Of a stretch of 64,000 bases of DNA, positions 47,506 to 58,282 are shown piece after piece; the first letter of the stretch is position 1; every line of letters starts with the position of its first letter. A model generated the notes under the pieces. The model saw nothing but the letters and a program-made list of their open reading frames with translations, was not told the DNA's origin and did not search any database. The stretch covers positions 90,344 through 154,343 of IMG/VR virus record IMGVR_UViG_3300037524_002067. One strand, 5' to 3'. This DNA comes from a virus. A program made the position numbers and the translations under genes.

Positions 47506-49653
47506 TTATTTTGTTAACCAACTTAAGTCGTCATCATCTTCTGTATCTCCATTTCCAAAAAATAAACCACCACTTCCGCTTGGTATATCAATATCTTTAC
47601 GCGGCACTTTAACCTCATCTTTTACAACACCAAACGAAGAATTTGTTGAAAAAGACATTGCATCCAACATGTTTTTATACATATTTTTTGTTGCTGAAAC
47701 GTTGTTGTATTCTGTATTTCTTATGTAAAGAGCTATACCATACGCCATTAACAAGTCATCATTATAGCCTTTTTCGGCCTCTGGTTTATCTCCATTCATT
47801 ATAAAAGTCGACATTTCAGCAACCAACCTTTGAGAATGAATGATAATGCCACCCTCTCTTAGATGCTCTACTATAGATTTTACAACAGCTGGTCTGGAAG
47901 TTTTTGTAGATTGAAACCCTGGTATTTCTACACCCAAATCTACCTTATAATCATAAGGTCTAACATGCATTTCTTGCGTGTTTTTAGAGTAAAACAACCT
48001 TTTGTATTGAAGTTTATCTCTAAGGTCATAACCAACGCCCAAACCAAATGAATTGGCCTCCACAACAACAAATGCATTATTATAAGTCCTTCCAACCCAA
48101 TCAATCAGATATGGAAATAAATCTACACCTATTCTTTCTCTAAATTCAGCAACCTGTTCTAATGTTTCTACATCAAGAACCTGTATTGTAGAGTAGTCTT
48201 TTCCATCACCCCTGGCAACGTCAACTCCGACTATATATGATCTACCTGGTTCTGGCTTTTTAAACACATGAAAGTTTGTTTCGTTTGTTACAAATGAACC
48301 AGCTTGAGGTGTGCCTTTGTATAAATAATCATATTTGATAAAAAGATTAGGCTTTTTATTCCTAGTCATTTTATCATATCTTTCAATAATAGCACCATCT
48401 ATCGCTAAATATTTTGATCCTTCGAAAGATAAATCTAATTCTTGTGCAATCTTTACACTGTCATATCCAAGACGCTTACATTGTTCTTCATACCAAGGGC
48501 TCCATGGTATATCTTTACCAGTAGTAATATCTTTTCTCCACTCCAAACCTTCTGATGATTGAGGGTTCTCTGTCCAATGAACACTCATATCATTAAAATC
48601 ATTTTCACCATTTATTGCGTCTATCCATGTTTTATGATATAACCCACCAGTTCCATTTGGTGTTGATATCATTATACATTTACCTTTTGTTGCAGATAAA
48701 GCCATACCAGCTCCCATCCAAATATCTTCATCGTCTTTTATAAAAGCAGTTTCATCAAGAACCAACATTGTCAAAGATTCTCCACGACCAGCGTTTGGAG
48801 AACTAGCCTTGGCCTCTACCCAAGAACCATTTGAAAATTCTAACTTTTTTTGATTATCTGTTGCTTTACTTTCTGGGCGCAACCAAGATGGAGTGTTATC
48901 TATAAATTGTTTTACAGTTGCCAAGAAACGTATTGCTCCAGCCCCATCGTTAGCGATAATTAAAATTCTTTCTTCATATCTGAACATCAATCTCCAAGCC
49001 ACATACCCTGCAGTTATAACACTGAGACCTGTATTGTGTACCAATATACCATCTGTAAAAAAATTTTCATTTTTTTCTACAGTTACGTCATAGCATGTTT
49101 TTTTTGATGTTTTTTTAATTTGTTTAACTAAAATTGTTTTATGATTTTTACCTTCTTTTTTAATTAAGGGATCCCCATCAACAATTTCATCTCCTCGTTT
49201 TAAATCTTTGGCTCTAATCCAATCTTGTCTATTTATAACCCACAATGGGTGATTTTCTCCAACTTCAATTTTTTTACCATTATCAAACGATATGTTTACA
49301 CATTGCCTTTTTCCGCTACACCATGAATCGACAATTTTATCTTTTTCTAATTTATTTGTTTTTAAATTATAAGAATATACCAGGTCACCAACCTTAAAAT
49401 TCTGAATAGCTTTAGGACCATCTGGAGTGTCCACTAAGGTATCTGTAGGTAAGCACTGTCTGCTTTTTAATATAATATTGTTTTGATATTTGTGAAAATC
49501 TTGAACACACTTTTTTTGGTAATCAAAACACTCCATTTTGGTAACCTTTTTCAACTTTGCGTTGTAAACGTGACCATATGTATTTAAATAATACAATGGG
49601 TCCATTGCGCACTTTACCTTCTCTTTAAATCTTTGTTCTTTGGTCAAAGTCAT
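47506..49653 (-). CDS. terL: terminase large subunit (T4 gp17-like) with mini-intein
   Basis: KSRQ[intein]TGLS, GRGES..LVLDETAF, ISTPNG, QELDLSF, GVDVARGDGKDYS, VEAN, YNDDLLMA. Confidence 0.95.
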   Translation of the reverse strand: MTLTKEQRFKEKVKCAMDPLYYLNTYGHVYNAKLKKVTKMECFDYQKKCVQDFHKYQNNIILKSRQCLPTDTLVDTPDGPKAIQNFKVGDLVYSYNLKTNKLEKDKIVDSWCSGKRQCVNISFDNGKKIEVGENHPLWVINRQDWIRAKDLKRGDEIVDGDPLIKKEGKNHKTILVKQIKKTSKKTCYDVTVEKNENFFTDGILVHNTGLSVITAGYVAWRLMFRYEERILIIANDGAGAIRFLATVKQFIDNTPSWLRPESKATDNQKKLEFSNGSWVEAKASSPNAGRGESLTMLVLDETAFIKDDEDIWMGAGMALSATKGKCIMISTPNGTGGLYHKTWIDAINGENDFNDMSVHWTENPQSSEGLEWRKDITTGKDIPWSPWYEEQCKRLGYDSVKIAQELDLSFEGSKYLAIDGAIIERYDKMTRNKKPNLFIKYDYLYKGTPQAGSFVTNETNFHVFKKPEPGRSYIVGVDVARGDGKDYSTIQVLDVETLEQVAEFRERIGVDLFPYLIDWVGRTYNNAFVVVEANSFGLGVGYDLRDKLQYKRLFYSKNTQEMHVRPYDYKVDLGVEIPGFQSTKTSRPAVVKSIVEHLREGGIIIHSQRLVAEMSTFIMNGDKPEAEKGYNDDLLMAYGIALYIRNTEYNNVSATKNMYKNMLDAMSFSTNSSFGVVKDEVKVPRKDIDIPSGSGGLFFGNGDTEDDDDLSWLTK
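49033..49455 (-). mobile_element. mini-intein (141 aa, no endonuclease) in the terminase Walker A
   Basis: CLPTDTLVDT..GENHPL..CYDVTVEKNENFFTDGILVHN followed by Thr. Confidence 0.93.
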
Positions 49654-49677
49654 GCTTTTCTACCTTATTTGTTTGAT

Positions 49678-49685
49678 AATAAATA
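49678..49685 (-). promoter_or_regulatory. putative late promoter TATTTATT
   Basis: Upstream of terL. Confidence 0.5.
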
Positions 49686-49699
49686 GGTTGTAATTTTTA

Positions 49700-50356
49700 T
49701 TAATACTTTACAATCATCCAAGCCACAGTAGATGTATCATTTATATCTGGAGAGACTATATCAAAACTTGTATTGTTCACAATATTATCTACATAAACTG
49801 GTTGTGCTATTGGCGCACCAGCAAAATTTTGTATCGTTAAAAAAACAAGAGAATCTGAAGAGTTTATTTCTGAAGTTGATACTGTTACTGAACCAGAACT
49901 TAACGTTGCAACACCAACACTAGCTCCGCTTCTGAGTTTTAAATTACCGCCAGCTAAAATTGTAGATGTTCCTCCACTTACATTTCCAGACAATGTGATT
50001 GTATTAAAACTTGGAGAAGCTACTATACTTACAGATGGCGAATTTGCTGTTCCACCAGTTGATATGTTAGAGCCACCCTGAACTCTTGTTGAATACCTGT
50101 CAATTATTGTTAACATATTTGTGCTACCAGAATATATTGTTCCACCAGAAAGTGTACCACCAGAAAAAGATACAGCAGTTACTAAATTAAAATTGCTGGC
50201 TCCAATAGGTAAAAATATAGAGTTTAAATTCGTTGTTCCAGAATAAAATGTAGAAGCTGAAAATGTCGTAGCAGACATTGAGGATGATTTAACAGAACCA
50301 CTCAGAGATAAACTACCCTCAATCCTTTCAGCTATTATATTTGGTTGTGTGCTCAT
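49700..50356 (-). CDS. tail fibre-like S/G/T-rich protein
   Basis: SATTFS..YSG.TN and RVQGGSNI.TGGT..SPSFN modules shared with neighbours. Confidence 0.65.
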   Translation of the reverse strand: MSTQPNIIAERIEGSLSLSGSVKSSSMSATTFSASTFYSGTTNLNSIFLPIGASNFNLVTAVSFSGGTLSGGTIYSGSTNMLTIIDRYSTRVQGGSNISTGGTANSPSVSIVASPSFNTITLSGNVSGGTSTILAGGNLKLRSGASVGVATLSSGSVTVSTSEINSSDSLVFLTIQNFAGAPIAQPVYVDNIVNNTSFDIVSPDINDTSTVAWMIVKY

Positions 50357-50373
50357 TTATAATATAAATATGT

Positions 50374-52431
50374 TTAATGTTTTAAAAGATTTGTAAAAAA
50401 TGGATATTGTGTTGCTTTACCGTTATTATATAATTGTGTAACCTCACCCTCGGTCAACTCTCTATCCCAAACTGCAACCTCATCTATAGTTGCATCTACC
50501 AAATACGTATTTCCCATGTCTGCATTAATAACAAGAGTTCCTATAGATGTATAATCATTTGTTGTAGTAACGATATCATTCCACTTACCATCATTTAACC
50601 CAGTAAAAACGGTTAATGTTTCTGCAACACCATTTACGTACATTGTATATAATATCCCATTTGACTGAAAAACTACATGATACCAAACACCAGTTGTTAA
50701 GTTGGTTGATCCATGAACTAAATTTAAAAAACTAGCTGCTGCATCTCTTGCTGCAATCCAAAATCTAAAATTACCACCACCAACATCAAAAGTTTGGATA
50801 CCAAATAATGCTTGATTGCTGTCTCCTCCATATCCATATATATATTCTGTGTTGCCTAAAGAATTAAATTTTACCCAACAAGAAATAGTACCCTGTGACG
50901 AATTTGCTACTTTTCCAGGAATTAGTATTTTGCTTGTTGTTCCATTAAAACTTGCACTTTGCCCTATTTTACCAGATATATAACTAACATTAGTATCAGT
51001 GCCATTATTTGAGTTAATAGCATCGTTTGAATCGCCATCCAACTTCCAATACGAAATAAGTCCTTGTGCTAAAGATGCGTTGTTTGTAATTGGTAATTTT
51101 TGAAATGGGTGTGATCTTCCCACGCCATTATTATACAAACTCAATATATCTCTTTGAGTTAATGTTCTGTGCCAAAAACCAACCTCATCAATTAAGCCTT
51201 GAAAAAATAAACCCCCCGCATAATCTCCAGGTGCACCAATTGCCATATTATAAATAGAATCTTGTAGAGTGTAGTTAAAAGGTAATGTGTCACCTAAAAA
51301 ACCATCTTTATAAAAATCTAAAAAATTACCTCTTCTAGTTACAGAAATAAAATGCCAATCTGTGTCAGAAATAGCAACAGAAGATGCGTTTATAACAATT
51401 ATACCATCATAAATATTAAATGTTAAATTGTTAAGATTGTTTATTTCAAAATTAAAAGAGAGAGTGTTATCAGCTCCAAAAGCATTAACCTGACAAAACA
51501 CAACATGTCTAACTCCAGTCACATCTCTTTTTACCCAAGCACAAATTCCAAAATTTCTTGTTCCCAAAAAATAATCATTAGAATCTCCAACTTTTATAAC
51601 AGAGGTCGCCCCATCAAATCTTGCACATTCACCCACTTTTCCGCTTTCATAAATTATGTTCGTATCAACTCCATTTTTTAAACCAAAAATATCATTTGAA
51701 TTGCCATTTAATTTCCAATAAGCGACCAAATTTTCTTCAAGATTTGTTGTGCTATTAACAAGTGTTTTTTCAAAAGAATATTGTCTACCAATACCATTGT
51801 TATAAAGTTTAAAAACTTCATCTGAAGACAATGCTCTGTTCCACACTCCAACTTCATCAATTTGTCCATCCCAGTAACCAACATAGGAATCTTGTCTGTT
51901 ACCAACAACAAAACTTGTTCCATTTGTGTTTATTGGTACTATAAAATTTCCAGTTAATCTTAAAGTTCCATTTAGATAATAAGAGTATTTTGATCCATCT
52001 AAAGTAAAACATATAAAAGACCACTCATTTAGCACAGCAAGATCTTGAATTGGTACAGTTAAATTGTTATCGCCATTATAACCATCTGAAAATATATAAT
52101 ATAAACCAGAAATTTCTGTTTGATATAAACAAAAAGATTGATTTGGTGGCGAAGAAGAGTTTCCAGCATAAATTATTATTCCATTTGGTCCAGTATAACT
52201 TACTGGAAATACCCATGCACTATAAGTTCTTGATTGACCTCCAGTTGGTAATCCATTGCCAGGTGAAGATATATAACTAGATGCCCCATCAAAACTTGCA
52301 CAATCTTTTAATTTACCATTTGTATAAACTATATTTGTGTCTGAGCCATTGTTAATGCTCAAAGAATCATTTGAATCTCCGTCAAGTTTCCAATATAAGA
52401 CTAAACCATCTCTTAAATTCATATTATACAA
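50374..52431 (-). CDS. triple LamG/concanavalin-like lectin domain protein
   Basis: Three repeats of L..YWKL.G.S.D...G.DTN..Y..GK...A.F.G ... IDEV..W.R.L....LYNNG. Confidence 0.85.
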   Translation of the reverse strand: MYNMNLRDGLVLYWKLDGDSNDSLSINNGSDTNIVYTNGKLKDCASFDGASSYISSPGNGLPTGGQSRTYSAWVFPVSYTGPNGIIIYAGNSSSPPNQSFCLYQTEISGLYYIFSDGYNGDNNLTVPIQDLAVLNEWSFICFTLDGSKYSYYLNGTLRLTGNFIVPINTNGTSFVVGNRQDSYVGYWDGQIDEVGVWNRALSSDEVFKLYNNGIGRQYSFEKTLVNSTTNLEENLVAYWKLNGNSNDIFGLKNGVDTNIIYESGKVGECARFDGATSVIKVGDSNDYFLGTRNFGICAWVKRDVTGVRHVVFCQVNAFGADNTLSFNFEINNLNNLTFNIYDGIIVINASSVAISDTDWHFISVTRRGNFLDFYKDGFLGDTLPFNYTLQDSIYNMAIGAPGDYAGGLFFQGLIDEVGFWHRTLTQRDILSLYNNGVGRSHPFQKLPITNNASLAQGLISYWKLDGDSNDAINSNNGTDTNVSYISGKIGQSASFNGTTSKILIPGKVANSSQGTISCWVKFNSLGNTEYIYGYGGDSNQALFGIQTFDVGGGNFRFWIAARDAAASFLNLVHGSTNLTTGVWYHVVFQSNGILYTMYVNGVAETLTVFTGLNDGKWNDIVTTTNDYTSIGTLVINADMGNTYLVDATIDEVAVWDRELTEGEVTQLYNNGKATQYPFFTNLLKH

Positions 52432-53278
52432 ATGCTAATCTTCTCCACACATTATCTTCAACTGCAATGAATAAATAATTGTTGTTATAATGTTTTTGAC
52501 CCTTATATGTGTCTGTGATTGCAGCCCCTATATAGTCTCCAGTTATATTCCAATTTGATAATGTTTCCAGAGCTACTGTTGTTGCGCCAGATATCAACCA
52601 AGCCTCTACTATATCACTAACTGCAGTAAATGTTCCACCAGTGTTAACTTGAACAAGTCTATCTGTTGATCCAGTCAATGATTGAGATTGAATTGTATAA
52701 CCAGAAACAGTTGTTCCAGAAATACTTGAGGCTCTAAATGTGGTCCCTGTAAATGTTGATGCTGATAGTGTTGACACTCTTACAACTCCAGTACCTTCCA
52801 CTCTCATTCTTTCTAAATTATTTGTGCCAATAGAAATTGGAGAGTTTACTGTTGTACCAAAAACAAAACCAATTAAACTAGTTGTCGAAATTTCATAAGC
52901 ACCATTACCTAATGGATTTCCAAAATTTGAATCTCCTGTTCTGGTATAAATAATTGAACCATAGACTCCGTTATTTAGTGTAATTCCTCCAGTTCCAAAA
53001 TAATTTGGTGTTGTACTTGGTGTAAAAGCGATTCTGTTTAATGGGGCTTCATATATAAAATTGCTAGAGCCAGATAAGCCAGACAATGTAGAGCCAAACA
53101 ACACTTGTGTTGGCTGTGCAAATGTCGATCCTGTTGTAGCAAAAATTGCTCCCAAATTTGTTCCACCTGAATAAAAAGTTGCAGCAGAAATAGAGGTTGC
53201 ATAAATTGTTCCTGAAGACAAGTTTATTCTTGAATTACTTTTGATGTTTAAGCCATCTATGTTTTCTAAATTTGGCAT
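52424..53278 (-). CDS. tail fibre/adaptor protein
   Basis: SGGT modules, TNNLERMRV, C-terminal GQ..Y...YLFIA..DN.W.R. Confidence 0.65.
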   Translation of the reverse strand: MPNLENIDGLNIKSNSRINLSSGTIYATSISAATFYSGGTNLGAIFATTGSTFAQPTQVLFGSTLSGLSGSSNFIYEAPLNRIAFTPSTTPNYFGTGGITLNNGVYGSIIYTRTGDSNFGNPLGNGAYEISTTSLIGFVFGTTVNSPISIGTNNLERMRVEGTGVVRVSTLSASTFTGTTFRASSISGTTVSGYTIQSQSLTGSTDRLVQVNTGGTFTAVSDIVEAWLISGATTVALETLSNWNITGDYIGAAITDTYKGQKHYNNNYLFIAVEDNVWRRLAFV

Positions 53279-53279
53279 C

Positions 53280-56036
53280 TTATATTAATGTGTCTTTATA
53301 TATATTATAATTAGCTGTTATTTCCTCAACAGAAAGAGCTCTGTTAAAAATTTGTACATTGGATATTTTTCCTAAAAAATATCTATCTGGAGATATATTT
53401 CCAGCAGCTATTTTTAACACCTCAGTATTAGACCCTATTGTTCCAGAGGTATCTGTTGTTATTGTATGGGGCTGCAATACTCCATTAAAATATATTTTTC
53501 CATAATCACTGGGGAGAGTTCCATCATAAACCAATACAATATTTACCCAAGTGTTTAATGGCAATTGTGTGGTTGTTGTAATATCGTAATTTGCTAAACC
53601 AACAAATTCACCAGCAACAACGCTAACAAATGGTAATGTAGAATAAAATCCACCAACCAGCAACGAAATTCCCAAAGCGCCATTGCTTTTACTAATCAAA
53701 TAAGAAGCGTAATTATTTTCAGAATCTAATGCCAAATCTTCTACGTTAACCCAAACACTCCAAGTCATTTTTACATTTGGGCCACTTAAATAAGAGTCCA
53801 ATATATTTCCACAATTTACATACTGATTAGTTCCATTAAAATTAAAGTTCCCATCGACACCAGAACTGTGGGTTGGCGAATTTATCAATGTGCCATTATT
53901 TCCATTTCCAGATATATCTTTCCAAACATTGCCACTTCCAGGATAACTAATTAACTTTGTTGCATCTTGCCACAACAACAAACCGTGTGGAGTTATTTTA
54001 TTTTCATGACTTAATATTGTTTTTGTTGATTGATAAAATGGATATTGAAACCCTCTTCCCTGATTGTAAAGTGATGATATTTCTTCTTGTGTAAGTCTCC
54101 TATTCCAAATTGCAACTTCATCTAATTTTGTATCTAGATAAGCAGTGTATGCACCAAAATATCCAATAGAATCAAAATTGACAGATGTCGTATAAGTACC
54201 TGTTGCCCCAGCTGATACGCCGTTTACATAAAATTGTATAGTTCCAGAAGAATTAATTGTGCAAGCCACATGTGTCCATTCACCTGCGGTTAAAAAACCG
54301 CTTGATGCTGATGATACATTAGAAGAAAATAAAATATAAGGTGTTCCAATATTGCTATAATTTACCAAACCATATGATGTAGAACTCAAAATACCTCCCA
54401 AACCAGAATATGGCCCCGTACCATCATCTCTTGGTATAATCCAAAAACTAAACGTATATTCATTTGGGTATGCCACTGTAAATGCTGGTATATCTATTTT
54501 TGAACTAATCCCATCAAAACTTGCTCCTAAATTTATTTTTCCAGATGAGTAAACCATATCTGTATCTGTGCCATTATTTCCAGCAACAGAATCAATTGAA
54601 TTCCCGTCTAATTTATAATATCTTTGAATTTTTTCAATATTAAAAGGGTATTCACGACCTGTTCCTGAATTATACAAAAAAGTTCTTTCTTCTGCGGTTA
54701 ATAATCTTCTCCAAAAACCAACACCATTTATACTTCCATTAATAAAGGCTTGACCATCATAAGAACCAAATTCAAAAGGTCCATTGCCGACATATACGCC
54801 CGTTGAATGAGTTGTTGAATCTATTGTGCCATTATTAACCTGTATATTAATTGTGTTATTTATAGAATCATGCCAAACTACAATAAAATACCAAGTACTT
54901 GTAGATGGTGATCCAAACGAGTCAGCTTGCACCGCACTTTGTGTAGATCCATCGCTACTTATTTCTAATCTAAATCTATCGTTAGTATAGTTATACCACA
55001 AAATATATTCTTTGTTGTTGGTTGTATATTTCCATTTCCCAACAATTCCATTTCCATAAACTGGATCTGTTTTCGATGTTAAATTTACCCAAGCAGAGAT
55101 TGTAAAATCAATATCACCAGTAGATAAATAAATATTACTTGGCACAGTTATTTTACTAGTGCTTCCATTGAATGTAGCATATTCATTTGTAGGGTATGTG
55201 ATAGCTGTATCAGCTCCATTATTTGTACCAACTGCATCTACAGAATTTCCATCTAATCTCCAATAAGCAGTTAACCCATTAAAGATTGATGGTTTTTTTT
55301 CAAGGTGTGTTATTTTCGAATTGTATGGATAAGAACTTGTATATAACTGTACAACTTCTTCTTGTGTAAGCGCTCTACTCCAAACTCCAACCTCGTCAAT
55401 TCTATTGTTTGCTGGGTTGGTTGAGTCTCCATTAAATACTCCAAGTCTTATTGGATCATTTCCAGAGGTTGTTGTTGTATTTATGGCTCCAATATAACCA
55501 GCGGTTTGATTAACTCCATTTATATAAATTTTAGCTCTTGTAATTTCTGTTGGTTGAGAACCATCAAAGACACAACAAACGTGATACCAAACATCTGCTG
55601 ACAATACAACATTGGTGTATGTTACATTTCCACCAGGATCAGCAAGAGAGTTGCAAAGAAAAAAATAAATACCATAATTACCACCAAAACTACTGGTAGA
55701 AGCTTGAGTTACAGCCCAAGATCCTTGAGTTCCATATGCCCACTTAGAAATTATTCTTTGTAAATTTGAAATTGATTTAAATTTAACCCAACAACTCACA
55801 CTAAATCTGCTTGCGTTATTTAAAACTGGAATATCAGAACCCAACACAATATAACTTGTTGGGTTTGCATTAAAATCTGCAGCCTTACCAAATTTACCTT
55901 GAGCATAACCAACATTAACATCTGTCCCATCGTTTGATCCAACTGAGTCAATAGAATTATCATCTAACTTCCAAAAAGACTCTAGTCCAACCAACAAATT
56001 TGGATATGTTCTTATGTTATTTCTTGCTAAAATCAT
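53280..56036 (-). CDS. quadruple LamG/concanavalin-like lectin domain protein
   Basis: Three W(K/R)LD..S.D.VG.N.G type LamG repeats plus a fourth SYPGSG..W.DISGN.N.GTL type domain. Confidence 0.85.
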   Translation of the reverse strand: MILARNNIRTYPNLLVGLESFWKLDDNSIDSVGSNDGTDVNVGYAQGKFGKAADFNANPTSYIVLGSDIPVLNNASRFSVSCWVKFKSISNLQRIISKWAYGTQGSWAVTQASTSSFGGNYGIYFFLCNSLADPGGNVTYTNVVLSADVWYHVCCVFDGSQPTEITRAKIYINGVNQTAGYIGAINTTTTSGNDPIRLGVFNGDSTNPANNRIDEVGVWSRALTQEEVVQLYTSSYPYNSKITHLEKKPSIFNGLTAYWRLDGNSVDAVGTNNGADTAITYPTNEYATFNGSTSKITVPSNIYLSTGDIDFTISAWVNLTSKTDPVYGNGIVGKWKYTTNNKEYILWYNYTNDRFRLEISSDGSTQSAVQADSFGSPSTSTWYFIVVWHDSINNTINIQVNNGTIDSTTHSTGVYVGNGPFEFGSYDGQAFINGSINGVGFWRRLLTAEERTFLYNSGTGREYPFNIEKIQRYYKLDGNSIDSVAGNNGTDTDMVYSSGKINLGASFDGISSKIDIPAFTVAYPNEYTFSFWIIPRDDGTGPYSGLGGILSSTSYGLVNYSNIGTPYILFSSNVSSASSGFLTAGEWTHVACTINSSGTIQFYVNGVSAGATGTYTTSVNFDSIGYFGAYTAYLDTKLDEVAIWNRRLTQEEISSLYNQGRGFQYPFYQSTKTILSHENKITPHGLLLWQDATKLISYPGSGNVWKDISGNGNNGTLINSPTHSSGVDGNFNFNGTNQYVNCGNILDSYLSGPNVKMTWSVWVNVEDLALDSENNYASYLISKSNGALGISLLVGGFYSTLPFVSVVAGEFVGLANYDITTTTQLPLNTWVNIVLVYDGTLPSDYGKIYFNGVLQPHTITTDTSGTIGSNTEVLKIAAGNISPDRYFLGKISNVQIFNRALSVEEITANYNIYKDTLI

Positions 56037-57394
56037 TATCCTCTTATCATTCTTATAAAATAATTATCTGCCATTGCCACATAAAAATAAGCCGCATCAT
56101 GATACATTTGACCTTGATATGTGTTGGTTATTGTTGGTCCTGTATAAACGCCAGAAACTGTCCAGTTTGTTGTTGTAGTGAGTAAAGAGATTGCTGTTGG
56201 ATCATCTACAATAGCTCCAATTATTTCTTTAGAAGCACTCATTGTTCCACCTGAGTTCACTTCTACCATTCTGGTTGTACCAGTAGCACCAGACAAATAA
56301 TTAACACCCAAATCAGAGTTAAACCTGGTTACTCCACTCTCATTATATATATCTCCGTGAGTCGGAGATGTAACAGTTGAGCCAGAACGAAGTCTTAATT
56401 GCGCCAATGTTGTTGTGGAAGAAAGTATATCAACTCTTGCTAAAGCTGCCACGTTTGCGCCAACCATTAAATTACCGTGACTTAATGTTATACCCGTATT
56501 TACATTTTGATTGATTATTGTATCAAAACCATCCACACAAAATCTTAAACCATTGCCATCAACTCTAAGCTCTGGTCTAAACCCATTATAATCTCCTCCA
56601 ATTCTCATATAGTTGCCAGAAATCATCTGTATTGGTGTTCCAACCAAAGAAAGTTGACCACTAGAACTTAATTGACCATAACCAGATGCTGCAACCAGAG
56701 ATATTGATGTGCCATAGCCACTATTTAAAGTTAAAATACTAATTGTAGCACTTGGAGTAAATGTAAAATAACTCGAACCCGATACACCTGAAGAACTTGA
56801 ACCAAATGCCACTTGCTGTGTTGGCAAATAAGTAGAACCAGTTGTTGCAAACAAAGAGGACAAATTTGTGCTCCCAGAAAAAAAAGTTCCACCGCTCACA
56901 GTCGTTGCGCTTAAACTTGTTGCTGTTACTCCAGCAAATTGTCCTGAACCAGAAAGAAATAAGTTGTTAAATGAAGGGGATGCGATAACAGAAACTGTTG
57001 GAGCGTTTCCTGTTCCACCAGTTGCAATATTGCTTCCTGCTTGTACTCTTGTAGAGAATCTATCAATTACTGTATTTAAATTTGTTGTGCCAGAATATAT
57101 TGTACCACCACTTATAGTGCCACCAGAAAATGTTGTTGATGTTGTTATTGCGAATTGACCTGTTCCAGAAAATGTCAAATTATTAAATGATGGTGATGCA
57201 ACAACGTTTACAATTGGTGCAACCACAGTGCCACCAGTTGTAATATTTGAACCTTGTCTTACATATGTTGTGCTACCACTACCACCGCCAGTCCCACCAG
57301 ATACAAGCTGAAAATTATAATTAATTGCGCTTAATACATCTGAGTAACGATATCCTGGATTATCGCGTAATTCTATGTAAACAATATCCGACAT
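56036..57394 (-). CDS. tail fibre/adaptor protein
   Basis: Two Q.GSNI.TGGT..P...ASPSFNNL repeats; C-terminus paralogous to 52424-53278. Confidence 0.65.
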   Translation of the reverse strand: MSDIVYIELRDNPGYRYSDVLSAINYNFQLVSGGTGGGSGSTTYVRQGSNITTGGTVVAPIVNVVASPSFNNLTFSGTGQFAITTSTTFSGGTISGGTIYSGTTNLNTVIDRFSTRVQAGSNIATGGTGNAPTVSVIASPSFNNLFLSGSGQFAGVTATSLSATTVSGGTFFSGSTNLSSLFATTGSTYLPTQQVAFGSSSSGVSGSSYFTFTPSATISILTLNSGYGTSISLVAASGYGQLSSSGQLSLVGTPIQMISGNYMRIGGDYNGFRPELRVDGNGLRFCVDGFDTIINQNVNTGITLSHGNLMVGANVAALARVDILSSTTTLAQLRLRSGSTVTSPTHGDIYNESGVTRFNSDLGVNYLSGATGTTRMVEVNSGGTMSASKEIIGAIVDDPTAISLLTTTTNWTVSGVYTGPTITNTYQGQMYHDAAYFYVAMADNYFIRMIRG

Positions 57395-57400
57395 TTATCT

Positions 57401-57709
57401 TTATAAACCTATATAAATATTTTGTTCAAACTCACTGTCTGGCCTTACATTGTACACATCTGAGACAAACACAACATTTGTTGATAGGTTTTTAACATAT
57501 AGTTGATAAATGCCAGTTGAATCAAAATTCCACGAAGCAGTAAACATGCCAGTATAAGCATCAGAAAGCGCAATATTTACAGTAGTTGCTGTATATGTTG
57601 ATCCGCTTTTATACAAAACATATGAAAAAGTCGCAGAAGAAACTGGAACGTTATCTGCGTTTAATGATAAAATTTGTTCGTAAATTGTTTGCCCAGTTCT
57701 GTAATTCAT
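57401..57709 (-). CDS. hypothetical beta-rich virion protein
   Basis: Ig-like pattern (G.Y.L); TATTTATG at 57728-57735 upstream. Confidence 0.6.
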   Translation of the reverse strand: MNYRTGQTIYEQILSLNADNVPVSSATFSYVLYKSGSTYTATTVNIALSDAYTGMFTASWNFDSTGIYQLYVKNLSTNVVFVSDVYNVRPDSEFEQNIYIGL

Positions 57710-57746
57710 AAACCAATACCTTTTTTACATAAATAGGTATTAATTA

Positions 57747-58280
57747 TTATTGTCCAGCCAATATTAAAGCTTGATTATCACCTGCAATATCATTAGTGTT
57801 TACAACGACATTACCCATTGTGTTTGCAGACATTATGGAAGATGTTTTTGACGTAGTCCAAACTTCTTGAGCAATTTGAGCTGGTGTTCCCAAACTAAGT
57901 GTATCAATTAAGTTTGATGTTTGTAAACGTATGGCAACATTATAACTACCAACTGTTGGAATTACTGCAACAGATCCATCCCTGGTGTATATATTTCCTA
58001 AAATAGTCAAAGAGTGATTGCCTTCATATGGCCTTATTTTCCATCCATTTTCCAAGAAAAAAGTTGTACCAAGTGATAATGTGTCACTAATTGGGTCACC
58101 ACCGATTGCGCTTATTGCTTGTAAATATTTGGTATTGTCACCTGTATCTCCGCTAAAGTCTCCTTGGTTTGACAACCATTCCTTCCAATCGCTGTAAATG
58201 TTTTTTTTAACGTCAATAGTTGTAACGCCGCTGTTAATAATGATAAGTTTATTTGGTCCGTCGAATGTAACTAAAGCCAT
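57747..58280 (-). CDS. putative virion structural protein
   Basis: VTFDG.NKLI, IYSDWKEW, GGDP, FFLENGW; resembles the N-terminus of 59123-60616. Confidence 0.7.
   Translation of the reverse strand: MALVTFDGPNKLIIINSGVTTIDVKKNIYSDWKEWLSNQGDFSGDTGDNTKYLQAISAIGGDPISDTLSLGTTFFLENGWKIRPYEGNHSLTILGNIYTRDGSVAVIPTVGSYNVAIRLQTSNLIDTLSLGTPAQIAQEVWTTSKTSSIMSANTMGNVVVNTNDIAGDNQALILAGQ
58212..58280 (-). repeat. diverged direct repeat, copy 2 (5' 23 codons of the structural gene)
   Basis: 52/69 nt and 19/23 aa identical to 58997-59065 by manual alignment. Confidence 0.9.
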
Positions 58281-58282
58281 AA

